Assembly: GCA_032718475.1 (NCBI GenBank)
Contig: JAUCBJ010007084.1
Span: forward strand, 22,524-86,523
Reading direction: 5' to 3'
DNA length: 64,000 nt
Origin: Nemertoderma westbladi
Taxonomy: Eukaryota > Animalia > Xenacoelomorpha
Both the position numbers and the translations under genes were made by a program. Of the stretch, positions 38,017 through 50,600 are shown in pieces (position 1 is the stretch's first letter; each line of letters opens with the position of its first letter). Below the pieces are notes generated by a model. The model saw only the letters and a program-made list of their open reading frames with translations. It was not told the DNA's origin and ran no database searches.

Positions 38017-39611
38017 GAGTGTACTGAGCTACCAGGCCGGATGAATATTTCGTTATGGAGTGGAAGATCATATTAAGGCCATACAATCACTCAAAGTAAA
38101 GTACAACTTCCGTTATTCCCGTGCTCTGCCAGAAATGGCAACCATGCCTCAAAGAATAACTATTATACAGTGTTGTAGAAACCACTGTAACCCCGTATGC
38201 CTGGCCCAGGCTGTTAGTTAATGATAATAAGTGAATTGTTGTGGGGTGATGACTTTTGTGGACTTCAAGAAGGCATTCGACTCCATCCATAGAGGTAAAA
38301 TTGTTGCTGGCATTGGATTGTTATATTGTGACACAGAAGCGCAGGTACTCTCACCAGATGGTGAAACTGAGTTTTTCTCAATCCTGGCTGGCGTACTGCA
38401 AGGTGACACATTAGCACCATTACTATTTGTAATTGTGCTGGATTACGCAATGAGGACGGCCACAAAGGGTGAAGATCTGGGATTCACACTTCAAGAACGC
38501 AGAAGTAGTAGATATCCGGTAACTACAGTCACAGACACCGACTTAGCGGATGACATCGCCCTGCTCTCTAATACGCTAGCAGATGCACAGCTTCTACTAA
38601 ATAAAGTGGAGAGGGCTGCATAGGAGGTTGGATTGCATATAAATGCTACCAAGACCGAATTCATGACCTTTAATGTTGATGGAAACTTGACAACCATTGA
38701 TAATAATCAACTAAGGAAGGTCGACGGCTTCCAGTACCTTGGATCATGGATAGAGAGTAGCAAAAAGGACATAGAAGTTAGGAAAGCAAAGGCTTGGGTA
38801 GCTCTATCAAAAATGGATACCATCTGGAAATCAGATCTCTCCAGGCACCTGAAGACTTAGTTCTTTCGAGCCACAGTGGAAAGTGTATTTTTATACGGGG
38901 GTGAGACCTGGACACTGACTAAATCACTTGAACAACGAATTGATGGTTGCTACACAAGACTACTAAGGGCAGCCCTAAACATCAGCTGGAGACAACACAT
39001 GACAAACGCCGAGCTTTATGGTACAATACCACCTGTATCAACCACCCTCCGTGAACGCAGATTAAGATTCAGTGGGCACTGCTGGCGAAGTAAAGACGAG
39101 GTCATACCCGATCTACTTCTCTGGCAGCCAACTCATGGAAAGCGTAGTCGTGGACAACCTGCCATAACATATATAGATCAATTTGAAAGGGATACTGAAC
39201 TTGGGAGAAACGAAATTGCGACAACTATGGAGAATCGGGAAGCCTGGAAGGATCTCATTTCCACTGTCCGAGTTCGCTCGACCTAGTAGTAGTAGTACTT
39301 GTATTTTAGATGTCCGAGGTAATAGATTTAATAAAAATAATTAAAGCAATATTAATTAAGGTGATCGGTGTTGGTATACTGCAGGTAGACCATAAATTAA
39401 ACTTGGAAATCATTTGTTTTAGGACCGAATTGTCCGGGACCGAATTGTCCAGTTCCTGATAGAAACATAATTCGATGCAAAAATAAAATACTATGAAAAT
39501 AAAATAACATATACTGTATTAATATGTATAATATACACCATAACCCTTAAATGCGCCTTGATTTATTGCCCTTAAAAGGCGCGTTATAAATAAATTATTA
39601 TTATTATTATT

Positions 39612-41556
39612 TATAGAATTATATTCCCTAAATGCCGTGGATTTCAAAATTTTATTTTATTCGAATTAACTTTGTAAAGATTGCTTTGAGTTCTCATTCG
39701 TATTGGTTCTATCATTTGTACATCTATCGGTCAAGTGGTTCAGTAGCTCAGTTGGTAGAGCGTTGGAAATTATATGTGTAGTAGGTATCGAGTTCGAATC
39801 CTAGTAAGTGCGAATTATTTTTTGTACAGAATTTCAACTCATTTAAATTAACCGCTACAAATTAATTGCATTTGTCTGTACCAATGAGGCTGTAGTTATT
39901 TGATTGTAACCAATGTCGTGCAAGTTATATATTAGCTGGACCAATAGCTATCTTTAAAACCTTGTTAGAATCTATAGAACAATCGAGAATTTTCTCGATT
40001 GATTGCGGCACAAATTTAGTATATAAAGGTGCGATTTCGTTCATTAGTTATCACACTTACACAAACTTCTTATACAATCTATTATATCAATATTCACATC
40101 TATTCTGTCGTGCTTAGTTTATTTCAGATTACATTGTACATATTATTATAATCTTTTGTAATAAAAGTTAGAAATACTAGTCACATCTCAGCCCTTTTCT
40201 ATCTGTTTTACTATGGATTCACTACGGTGAACAAACTCAGGGACAGGATGGCCGGCTAGAGATCGGGCCGCAGCAATGAACGGGAACATCGGGGGAATGT
40301 AGACGAGAGACAACCCGCAATACCATCTAGAGTTATTCGCCCATCGCCTGAAAGGTTAGACAGCGTTCGATCCTTGCTACCTAAGTGTAAGACCAAAAGA
40401 TCAAAAGGTAGACGTAGTGACACGCTGTAAGCCTAAAATTACATCATAGGGACTGTACTGTCTTGATTCAGGAAAAACCGCAGTAGACCTTCATATTCCT
40501 ACGGGGGGGAGGGAGAGAGAGCAGAGATACTAGTACGCAGATAGGACGTAGGCACACCGGTACAAGGCATACACATTGGTTAGGGTGCAGCAAACTGTAC
40601 GCTTAACTCTTGCTAAGTACAGGTGCGTCTGTGACTATTTGCCGTACAACGGTGTCCATTACATCAGAACTTGTAGGCTAGGAGGGTTGCTGTGTTTTCA
40701 CCTGAATTGGGATTGTACCGTTCAGGCGGTAGGGCAGTTTACACTAGGCGCAAATAAATTGAAGCTATTAGGGATACTAACATCTACCGTGTCCCCGCCA
40801 ACGCCCTAATAGGAAGTTACCTGGACTACCTGGGTGACTAAAATTCTAGATAGGAGCCAGGATAGCTATTAGTAACTGTACGCCTACAGTAGTAAACTAA
40901 CACATCTCTTCTTAGTATCAGGGACCTGGTACCTAAAATTGCCGAATTCTGGGCGTAGTATTAACCTTATGCCTGAATTTGAGTCCTGGAAATACGCAAG
41001 AGGGGAAGGAACCTTATCATTCGTGAGTATTGGACCTACAAGTTACAAAATTAGAATATTTGTAAAATGCACACCGTACCCAGTAATTATATATGTGAAG
41101 GAGCAAAACTGCTTTGACCGTTCAGAATTAACACACGCGCGTTAGAAATTATTTACACCTCAAAATATATAAAATTAACTTTCGTCCTTACTGCACTTTG
41201 CTCGCTAGTTAGACATCTCCAAATCTCTGCCTCTGTACCTAGCTAGCGTCCCTTTGCCCAACCATATAAATCACACCGCGGCAAAGTATACGAGCCCCTT
41301 AGTCCGTCAGCGAGTCAGCCTGATTTTAGGATTCGCTGCGCGGGATTTTGTTTCATCGAAGTTTGTCTGCTCGTAGACTGTTTTCTGCCTCACCGGTTAT
41401 AAGAGATCGATACTGCAATATATTCGCTTACTTAGAGTTTACTGTTTTGGTGAGAAGGTCGGATTTATGATTTGATTTACAAACTTTACAGTAGGATATT
41501 GCAGGTATTGTTACCGTCTCTTCCATTTAGTAGGAATAGGCGTATCTCTTCAATTA
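39612..41556 (+). repeat. 5' LTR of element C (1945 bp)
   Basis: Direct repeat of 56588-58523 with about 5 substitutions and two indels; TATATAAA near 40019, AATAAA near 40160. The 3' end could be 41552 instead. Confidence 0.93.
39737..39823 (+). promoter_or_regulatory. tRNA-like Pol III cassette in the C 5' LTR
   Basis: Box A TAGCTCAGTTGG (39744), box B GAGTTCGAATCC (39790), T6 (39818-39823); no credible acceptor or anticodon stems. Confidence 0.75.
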
Positions 41557-41567
41557 GTAGGAATATG
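41557..41567 (+). other. PBS position of element C (GTAGGAATATG), non-canonical
   Basis: First bases after LTR identity ends; conserved in A (34027-34037); complementary to 40492-40502. Confidence 0.55.
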
Positions 41568-43374
41568 TTTTACTGAACTACGGTTCGGTAGGACTAAAGT
41601 TGTTTGAAAATTTTGTATTTTGAGGTAAAAATTTGTATTTGATTAGCTAAGTGCTAATTTTGAAATAAAATTTGATTTGAACCGCGTGTAAAATATTTTT
41701 TGGAATTGAATACCGGTGTTTAAAAAAGGGTTTAAATACCATATTGTACCGGTACAAAATTTTCGTAAAGTAAAACCTAACTCTTTTGTTTTTTCAGGAT
41801 TCAGAACTCATTTCTAGACTGTAACGGGAGCAAGACCGTGTTTAACAAGTTTGGGAGATAGATAACTCAACAACTTTGGTTGGGAAAATCGCGTTTCGTC
41901 CGCAACGTTAAAAACGGAAAGGTTCACGTTCGGTTTGTATCTGGGAATCTGTTTTTCTGGAGAATTATTGGAGTGGGTGAGTTCGAAAAGTTGCATAAAT
42001 AAGTTAGGCATTACCGTATTAGTTAAAATTATTGTGGGTTCCACTGTCTCAAGTATTTATGCATTCCGTACGATTTCTTTGTTCATTGCTGAATTAGTCC
42101 GTATTATTGTATTTAATTTACCTTTTGATAACGCATATCGTTATCCGATTTATTTGTTATAAAATTGGCCGCTAGGCTAATTTTATTATATACTTATTCC
42201 GTGACATTTATTTGCTGTAAAATTGGCCGTTTAGGCTAATTTTATCCATCTGCTATAAAATCGGCCGGTAGGCTAATTTTATATGACTGTAATTAGTACC
42301 GTTTAGATATAAATACGGTAAACTCGATACTTTGACACTCACTTTACTTGACTTACAACTACCGAAATGAGTGACAAACAAGACTATACAAAGAATACAC
42401 CTACCGACTATGACTCGTGTGACGCGGATAAGTCAGCAGCGGAAGGACAACAGGGGAAGACTCGCGAGCCTACCGAACCTACACCGTGTGCGTCACCAGT
42501 ACATCCAACGGGAGTACCGGATGCCGTAGTACGAGGCGACGGCAGGACCGAGGACTTTCTAACTGTTCCGCAACCTAGATACAGGGAAACGGAAATGGTA
42601 AGTTCAGCAGGAAGCACAGAAAGTGTGGTTAGAAGCGTCGGAGGATATATGGCGCATATAACCAGGAGTATTGGGGAAGGCCAACGCACATTAGACGAGT
42701 TGACCGCTCCGATGTCTCGATTCGAATTCTACACCCTCCAGGTTAGAGTGCAAACTAGAGTACACAAGTCCGTAGATAACCTAATTGGTCTACAAGATCT
42801 AGCTAGACAGAGACAGGACATGGATACTCAACTTAGAATCCTCGAGAAACTTATGATCGCTAGAGAGAAACTGATTCAGTTTAAGTCGACGATTAGACAG
42901 ATACAACAGGAACAAGCGGACCAGTTGTTAGGTGAGTCAGTTTCGGACGAATTATTACAACCCGAGGAAGAACAGGAACAGTACCGACTGGATGGACAAT
43001 TGAAACACCTGACGGACCACTTACGCATGTGCGGCGAAGACGTCGGCGATTTGGAAACCATGCCGGAATATACGAGGGAAACTTCATTCGCACAAATCGA
43101 ATCGGCACCGGGAATACTAAATCAATCGCTGGTAAGTATTCGTAGCGAAATCTGCGAGGGAAGTATGGTCACGTCGGAAGTTGCTCGACAACAGCAAGAA
43201 TTCTACCAACAACAACGAGAAATCGAGGAACAAGCTCAACTTCTAGTGATGCAGGCAGCAGTGGAGGAAGAGAAGCTGCGCGTTGTAAATGTAGCGAGAA
43301 TCTCTCATCTACAGGAACAAGCTGAATTAGAAGCAGCTGAAGTAGAAAGGTTAGAGGTAGACATCGCCCAACAA

Positions 43375-43620
43375 ACGGCAGCGGTTGATTTAGCGCAACG
43401 AAACGCAGCGGTCGAGTTAGAGCGACAGATGGCAGCGACTGATTTGGAGCGACAAAACGCAGCGGCTGATTTGGAACGACAAAACGCAGCGGCTGATTTG
43501 GAACGACGAAACGCAGCGGTCAAGTTAGAGCGACAAATGGCAGCGGCGGAATTAGAGCGACGAAACGCAGCGGCTGATTTAGAGCGACGAAACGCAGCGG
43601 CGGAATTAGAGAGAGAAAGA
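43375..43620 (+). repeat. 27-bp coding repeat (AAADLERQN) in C gag
   Basis: About nine 9-aa units; fewer copies in A. Confidence 0.85.
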
Positions 43621-44294
43621 TTAGTTTCGGAAGCACGGGCCGAAATGAAAACACGGCAAATAAAGGCTCAATCTGCTATACGACAAGCGAAGTTTGAGGC
43701 GCAACGACAACAAACGGAACAATGAGAGAAGACAGCTAAACTTCATTTCGAACTTGAGAAGAAGGCGAGAGAAGTAGCCGAAGCCAAGGAAAATCTGGAT
43801 CTTCTAGCCCGCATCGATCAATGAGATCTCGAGACGGACATGACTTGGACCAGATAGAGGTAAGACATCGCCAAATTCAGGAACGGAAGAAGGAAGGAAG
43901 CGTAGGAGCACCCGGACGGGAACGACAATTAGTAAAAGACTTGTGTCAACGATTCCCACAGGTAACTCATATGTTTGCACCAGTTACGACTAAGGAACCT
44001 GTTTCGATTGCGGGTAGTAGTAACATTTCTCCTATCCATGGTGCGACGGAACACAGGTTTGTTATTCCGGACGAGTTTACACCGCCAAGAGCAACGTCGT
44101 CGCCCATTCCGAAAGTCAAGGTAAGTAACCCACCGATTACGGATCGTAGTAGTTTGTTGACTGGACCTGCACTACTGACGACTAAACAGGTGAGTCCACC
44201 GTCGACACCTAAACCCGTTACACACTACGCTTACCCAATGACGTTTCGACCCACAAGGCCAGTTGTTTCAAATGCTGTCATTCGCCCACCGGTT

Positions 44295-44601
44295 CAGTTT
44301 ACATCGCAATCTACGACTTCGAGGAAGACTTGTGAGCCTACCGAACAACGGAGAACAGCGACGCGACCGTTCAATCAGTTTACATCGCAATCTACGACTT
44401 CGAGGAAGACTTGTGAGCCTACCGAGCAACGGAGAACAGCGACGCGACCGTTCAATCAGTTTACATCGCAATCTACGACTTCGAGGAAGACTTGTGAGCC
44501 TACCGAACAACGGAGAACAGCGACGCGACCGTTCAATCAGTTTACATCGCAATCTACGACTTCGAGGAAGACTTGTGAGCCTACCGAACAACGGAGAACA
44601 G
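44295..44601 (+). repeat. 81-bp coding tandem repeat (~3.8 copies) in C gag
   Basis: cagtttacatcg at 44295, 44376, 44457 and 44538. Confidence 0.92.
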
Positions 44602-47600
44602 TGGACGATGTTCCGAAACGGAACGTTAGAATTCGAACGACGCAACGGACGCGAGCACGTCGACCACCATATCCAGATGATAGTAGTACTTCGAGCGAAT
44701 CGGATTACCCGAAACGCGAGGTATTTAGAACAGGGGCGGCCAATGAATACAAACGCGAGCGTTCAGACAACTCCTTTGCAGACAATCCTCCACAGAATAC
44801 ACCAACACAGAAGGCGTTACAACCAACGAACGCAATTAGTACACAACAGTTCGCCGACATTCTGCGACCAGTTGTCAATAAGTTGGCTCAGATCGAGGAA
44901 CGTCTAGAGGAAGGTTACACCGACAGTTCGAGAAATTCCGAATTCGAACACAATAGACACCCGAAGGAACCACAAAGACCGGTACCTTCAAACCCCACAT
45001 CGTATCAGGGAAAAGCGCCAAGAAGGGATATCAACCAGATTACCAACCAAGGACGCGAAACTCTGAACGTTGCCGAGGAGATAGCGAAATTCGCAGCCAG
45101 ACAAGGATTGCCGGTACAACAACCACCGAAGTTTTCCGGTAGCTCAAAACACTGGCATACTTTCGTAGACTATATCGAATCCCAGATCGCCGTGTGCGCC
45201 TTTACATCACGGGAGAAGTTCAATTACTTGCTCCAAACGTTGTCAGGAGAACCTAAACGTTTGGCGGAGACTTTCGTCGGTGTACCGGACGCTTTCGAAC
45301 TAGCGTACGATCGTTTAACTTCGATATACGGAGGTACAGTGAGCATGGCCAGGTCAGTAATAGAGGAACTCTGTAAGGGAGGGGCTATCACTAAACCCGT
45401 CGACTTACTAAAACTAGCTGACGAGATCAAGAACGCTATCACTACCTTAAGATCAATTGGACAACTTGATTACGGGAATACCCCTACAGTCCTATTAAAG
45501 ATCATAGGACGACTCCACCATCGACTACGTCGGGAGTGGAGAAAGGTCGAATACCAGCGAGAGGAGCGGGGAGGATTCTTAAAATTAGAAGATGTGTACC
45601 TTTTAATATCCAGGGAGGCGGTAGTAGAAACTCGATCTAACTACACCGACCAGCACATCGTGGCAGAAGGGATCACATTGCCATCCTCCAACCGACAAAA
45701 ACCCCAGACAACATCCACTAAGACGGCCACTTACACCACACCGACGGAATTACGACAATTCTCGGACGGTAGTAGGGTATCTGCGCCCATTGGGACAAAA
45801 CAGACGAGACAGCAACTTGGTACCGACTTTAGTGGCTGCCAATACTGCGAGCATCTAGGTAAGCGGTATATCGGTCACAAGTTACGAGGTTGTCGACAAT
45901 TTCGCGAGTTAAACTCGGAAGAACGACGGCTGCAAATACGGCCACTGGACTCTTGTTGGCGGTGTACGCGACACGGACACGTCCGTAAAGATTGCCCAAA
46001 TACCGACACTTGTCCATCCTGTGGACGCAACCACAACGGTCTGCTCCACACAGACAGCCACACGCCGACGAAACGCTTCGCCAGGGAACACCCGGAAGCA
46101 GCAGCGAGATGTGATGCGGCCTACCGAAAACGAGAATCGAAAACGACTCCAACCTTCGTGACCCATATTGAGGATTGCTTCTCAGAACAATCTGGATCGT
46201 CGGACGAAGAATCAGAAGACGACGACGTATATTCCAATGGAGACGAACAACCGTCGATTGCGCTTCTGACTACTGACCAACTGAAGGGATTCAGTGTAAT
46301 TCCGATTAAGGTTACTGGCACCAAGGGGAGCAAAAGAATCTACGCGATTCTAGATTCAGCCTCATCTCATAGCTACGTGGATGAAAAGATAGCTGACGTA
46401 GTGACGGACCTTAAACAAGGTAAGTGCGTCAGTTATACAGTAAGTAGTATGCACGGACAGCGTGCAATGCCAGTGACACGAGTTAAGTTGGACTTAGACT
46501 CTCTTCTTCCAAAATCGCAGCACAGCGAGAGGGAGAGGTCTTTGTTGCCCTTTAAAGATCTAACCTTTGCGGCCACGAAGGACTTTAGTAACCTACTAGG
46601 TCCAGTGCCGGAACAATCTCTAGAGGACCGTAAGTATTTCAGACACCTTGGTGTACCCGAATGTCCTGTCAATTATAGATCGGTAGCAATGCTGATTGGG
46701 ACGGACCAATTCAACCTACATCAGGTGTGGGAAACCAGACCATCGGCAGTTGTAGCGGGAAACGCATACGCCTGCAGAACGCCGATAGGGTGGTATACTC
46801 GAGCGCCTGTGCGCACACTAGACGTAAGTGACGAGGAAGACAATGTACAGAGTACATGTAGTTTATTAACTACAAATTCAATTCATTCCTTTTCACACGA
46901 CGTGAACCATACTACACTACAGACGACAAAACATGACAGACGTGTAACTAGTATGATAAGTCACAAGGAGCAGCTAACCCACCAGGTGAGTTTAGAACTT
47001 GGGGAGAAGACGAGTCAGCTAGAGATTCCATCGACGACAGATGATAGGCTTGCGAGTCTACCTACCCCAATAACCTCAACAGTGCCCGTCGATATCGATG
47101 ATGACGCGTTGAAAATTCATCAGTTGGAACAAGCCGCTTTGGACAAAGAATTAACGGAGAAGACTATCAGGTGGTTAGAACAAGATACAGCTGAACCTGG
47201 TAGCTACGAACCTTGTATGTCGGAACAGGAGAAACAATCTTTGAAGATCATGGAAGATACTATCCACCAGACGAAAGACGGACATTATGAGGTAGGGATG
47301 TTATGGCGTAGCCAAAGCCCTAAACTCATAAACAACTATCCACTAGCCTTGAGACGTCTACACTCAATACGGCAACGTCTATTAAAGGACGAGAAAGCCC
47401 ATCTGCAGTACAACACCCAGATGGAGACGTATTTGACTAAAGGATACGCTATCCGAATGACGAACCCGGAGATAGTGACTGACCAAACATATTACTTGCC
47501 ACATCACTATGTGAGACACCCCGACAAACCAGACAAAGTACGCGTAGTCAACGACTGTGCGGCTCTGTTTGAGGGAATGTCCCTCAATAGTGAGTTGATG

Positions 47601-50600
47601 GATGGACCAAACATGAATAATTATCTAATGGGGGTGATTATGTGCTTCCGTCAGCGTCAAGTAGCCTTTACTTGCGACGTCGAAGCGATGTTTCACCAAG
47701 TGAAAGCGTTAGAGTGAGACAGAGACAGTTTGCGGTTCCTCTGGTACCCGGAAGGAGATTTAAGTCTACCACCGGCGACTTACCAAATGCAAGTTCGCGT
47801 TTTCGGTGCCAGAGACAGCCCAAATTGCACGATGTACGCCCTAAAGCAGGCCGCTAGAGATCAGAAACACCTATATGACCCAGAGATAATTAAAATCGTA
47901 GAACGGGACTTTTACGTCGATGACGGTTTACAGAGTTGCGACACAGTAGAACGTGCTACAACAGTAGCACATCAATTACGGGACTGCTTAGCGGGCGGAG
48001 GTTTTAACCTCACCAAATTCGCCTCAAACAGTGCCGAATTAGTAGACTCATTCGGGACGACTGAGCGTGGAAGTGGTGACATAGACCTAGAGTTCGAACC
48101 ACTACCGACGACTAAGGTGTTAGGGCTCTTTTGGGACCCAAACACAGACAACTTCCGAGTGAAAGTGCGACTGGACAGTCAAGAGAACACACTGACAAAG
48201 AGATCATGCTTGTCAAAGTTGAGCCGATTGTTCGATCCGTTAGGATTCATCAGTCCAGTGATACTGCAAGCCCGCATTTATATGCGCAGTATATGGAAGG
48301 ATGGACTAACATGGGACGAGCCGATCTCATCAGACCAAGTGGACTTATGGAAGACCTGGGAGGCAGAATTATCTTCGCTAGAGGATTATTTCATACCCAG
48401 GATTTACTTTCCATTACGAAGTACATTTCCTGACAACTTGGAACTACACTGTTTTTCTGACGCCAGTGACAACGGTTTTGGTGTGGCAGCGTACTTGCGC
48501 AGACAAGTAGAATCAGACGAGTTCGATGTTTCGCTCATTACTTCTAAGGCTAAGACCATGCCTACTAAGTATATGACGACACCACGAGCCGAGCTACAAG
48601 CCGCAACCCTGTCAACCACCATCGTGAACCTCATACAGACAGAACTACAGTCGAGTTTACAGATATTTTATTGGACTGACGCGACGTTGGTTTTATTTTA
48701 CATAAACAACGACACACTCGAATTCAAGACATTCGTAGCTAACCGTCGCGCGGAAATTCTAGATCGTTCAATAAAAGAGGATTGGCGACATTGTCCCGGA
48801 CCACAAAACCCAGCTGATATTGCGTCGCGAGGAATGATGCCTGAGGAATTCTGTAAACCGGAGAACAAAGAATTTTGGCAACACGGACCACAATTCTTAC
48901 AAGGTTCAACACTACATTGGCCGCCACTATACGACAACAAATCTAACACCATCCCCAAGGACGCCGAAATCAAGAAACCAAAAAAGGGGAAGACAAAGAA
49001 AAGGACAACGGCGGCAAAACTCAAGAAAAAACCGAATGCGAAATGGAAAGATATAACTTCAAAGGTCAAGAGAGGAAGACTTGCGAGCCTTTCTACACCA
49101 GACATATCGCCAGACTGTCAGCCAGACACATTACTAGACAGTCGACTAGACATTTTGTCAGAAACATCACAAAATGTTCTACCGGACATTAGTAATGTAT
49201 TGACAAACAGTAAAGCCGCAGTTTCCCTATTGGATCGGCCTTCTATTGACAAACAACCAGATACGTTACCAGACGTATCGCCAGACACATTACTAGACAG
49301 TCGACCAGACATTAGTAATGTATTGACAAACAGTAAAGCCGCAGTTTCCCTATTGGAGCGGCCTTGTATTGACAAACTACCAATTTTGACACGCTTGAGC
49401 AACCATAAGCACGGTGAAACCTCATGTATTACAGATGTGGGTAGTACCTACGCTAATGTAAATACAGGTGTTACTTTGCGCTCAAGAGACATACCGAACT
49501 TGCAACCTATGGTGAGACCTGGGATTAATGTCGGCAGGAAAATAAGTTTACCAAAACCTGCTGACCCCATAGAGTTCAAACCACCATTAACGATCGACTT
49601 ACAAAGTACTGACGATCAAGGTAAGAAGACGAAGAAGGACAAATTACTTGTAGACCCGGACGGATCAACAGTCAACAAGGGAATACTTACCGGCGGACCC
49701 GTGGGCCCTTCTAGTAATTCAAAACCTTCCAAAATCTCCATTAACTTACCTGATGACGTCACAAATACTCACGTAGATCGTATTGTAAACTTAACAGATT
49801 CTTGGTCAAACGCTTGCCGAAAATTAGCGTGGATTGTACGTTTTGTACAATACGTAAAAGGCAAACGGGACTTTACACGTCGACTTACATTGGCTGAGAT
49901 TGACAGGTGTGAAATTATATTAATTCGCCATTATCAACTGCGATATTTCGCGCGCGAATTCACATCTATAAATCAAGGCCTACCAATCAAGTCGTCACCA
50001 ATACTGAGTTGGAGTCCGATAATTTATAATGGCTTAATTTGTCATAAATCTCGGCTTCAAAACATTGACTTTAACACAAACTTTAGGTACCCAATAATAA
50101 TACCGCAACACCACGAACTACAACGTGCAATGATACTGGACGCACATCTACATCTGAAACACGCTGGAAGACACCACTGTCTTTCCTACTTACGTACTAG
50201 ATTTGTATTAATTAGACCCAGTAAAGCGTTAAGTTCAGTGACACGTACGTGTATTATTTGTAAAAAGGTACATTCTAGAATAGGTACCCAAGAAATGAGT
50301 GAACTACCACAAGCACGACTTCAAGCATTCAGACCACCTTTTACAGAGACTGGAATTGATTGCTTTGGTCCCATACATACGAAACGTGGACGTATACTAG
50401 TAAAACGCTGGGGACTGATTTTCACATGTATGTCCAGTAGGGCAGTTCACATTGAACGTGTGATGGATCTTTCCACCAACGCGTTTATACTAGCACTGCG
50501 GCGATTTATCGCTAGACGCGGACTAGTGAAATGCTTGTACTCAGACCAAGGGACAAACTTTGTTGGTGCTCGGAATGAGATTGCTAGAGCCTTTAAGAAA

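Larger units (their letters stand above)
37117..38249. repeat. Three apparently identical 369-bp tandem units plus 26-bp redundancy inserted in the LINE RT (retrozyme/Penelope-like array)
   Basis: ataataagtgaattgttgtggggtga recurs at 37117, 37486, 37855 and 38224. Confidence 0.95.
35425..39297 (+). mobile_element. Decayed RTE-like non-LTR retrotransposon (AP endonuclease + RT) with (TAG)n tail
   Basis: IATMNART, CIQEHR, AGDLNA, QLDYIL, SDHR (APE); KASGLD, NYRGICL, QNGFR, FVDFKKAFDS, GVLQGD, LADDI, YLGS (RT); ends tagtagtagtagta. Multiple stops; 5' end approximate. Confidence 0.9.

Noticed and set aside
39421-39452. ggaccgaattgtcc doublet
   Set aside because: Two copies of a short quasi-palindrome, probably a relic repeat end; too little to classify.
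39737-39812. Functional tRNA gene
   Set aside because: Only the A and B boxes match; acceptor and anticodon stems do not pair.
44295-44601. CRISPR-like array
   Set aside because: No unique spacers; in-frame coding repeat in a eukaryotic transposon.
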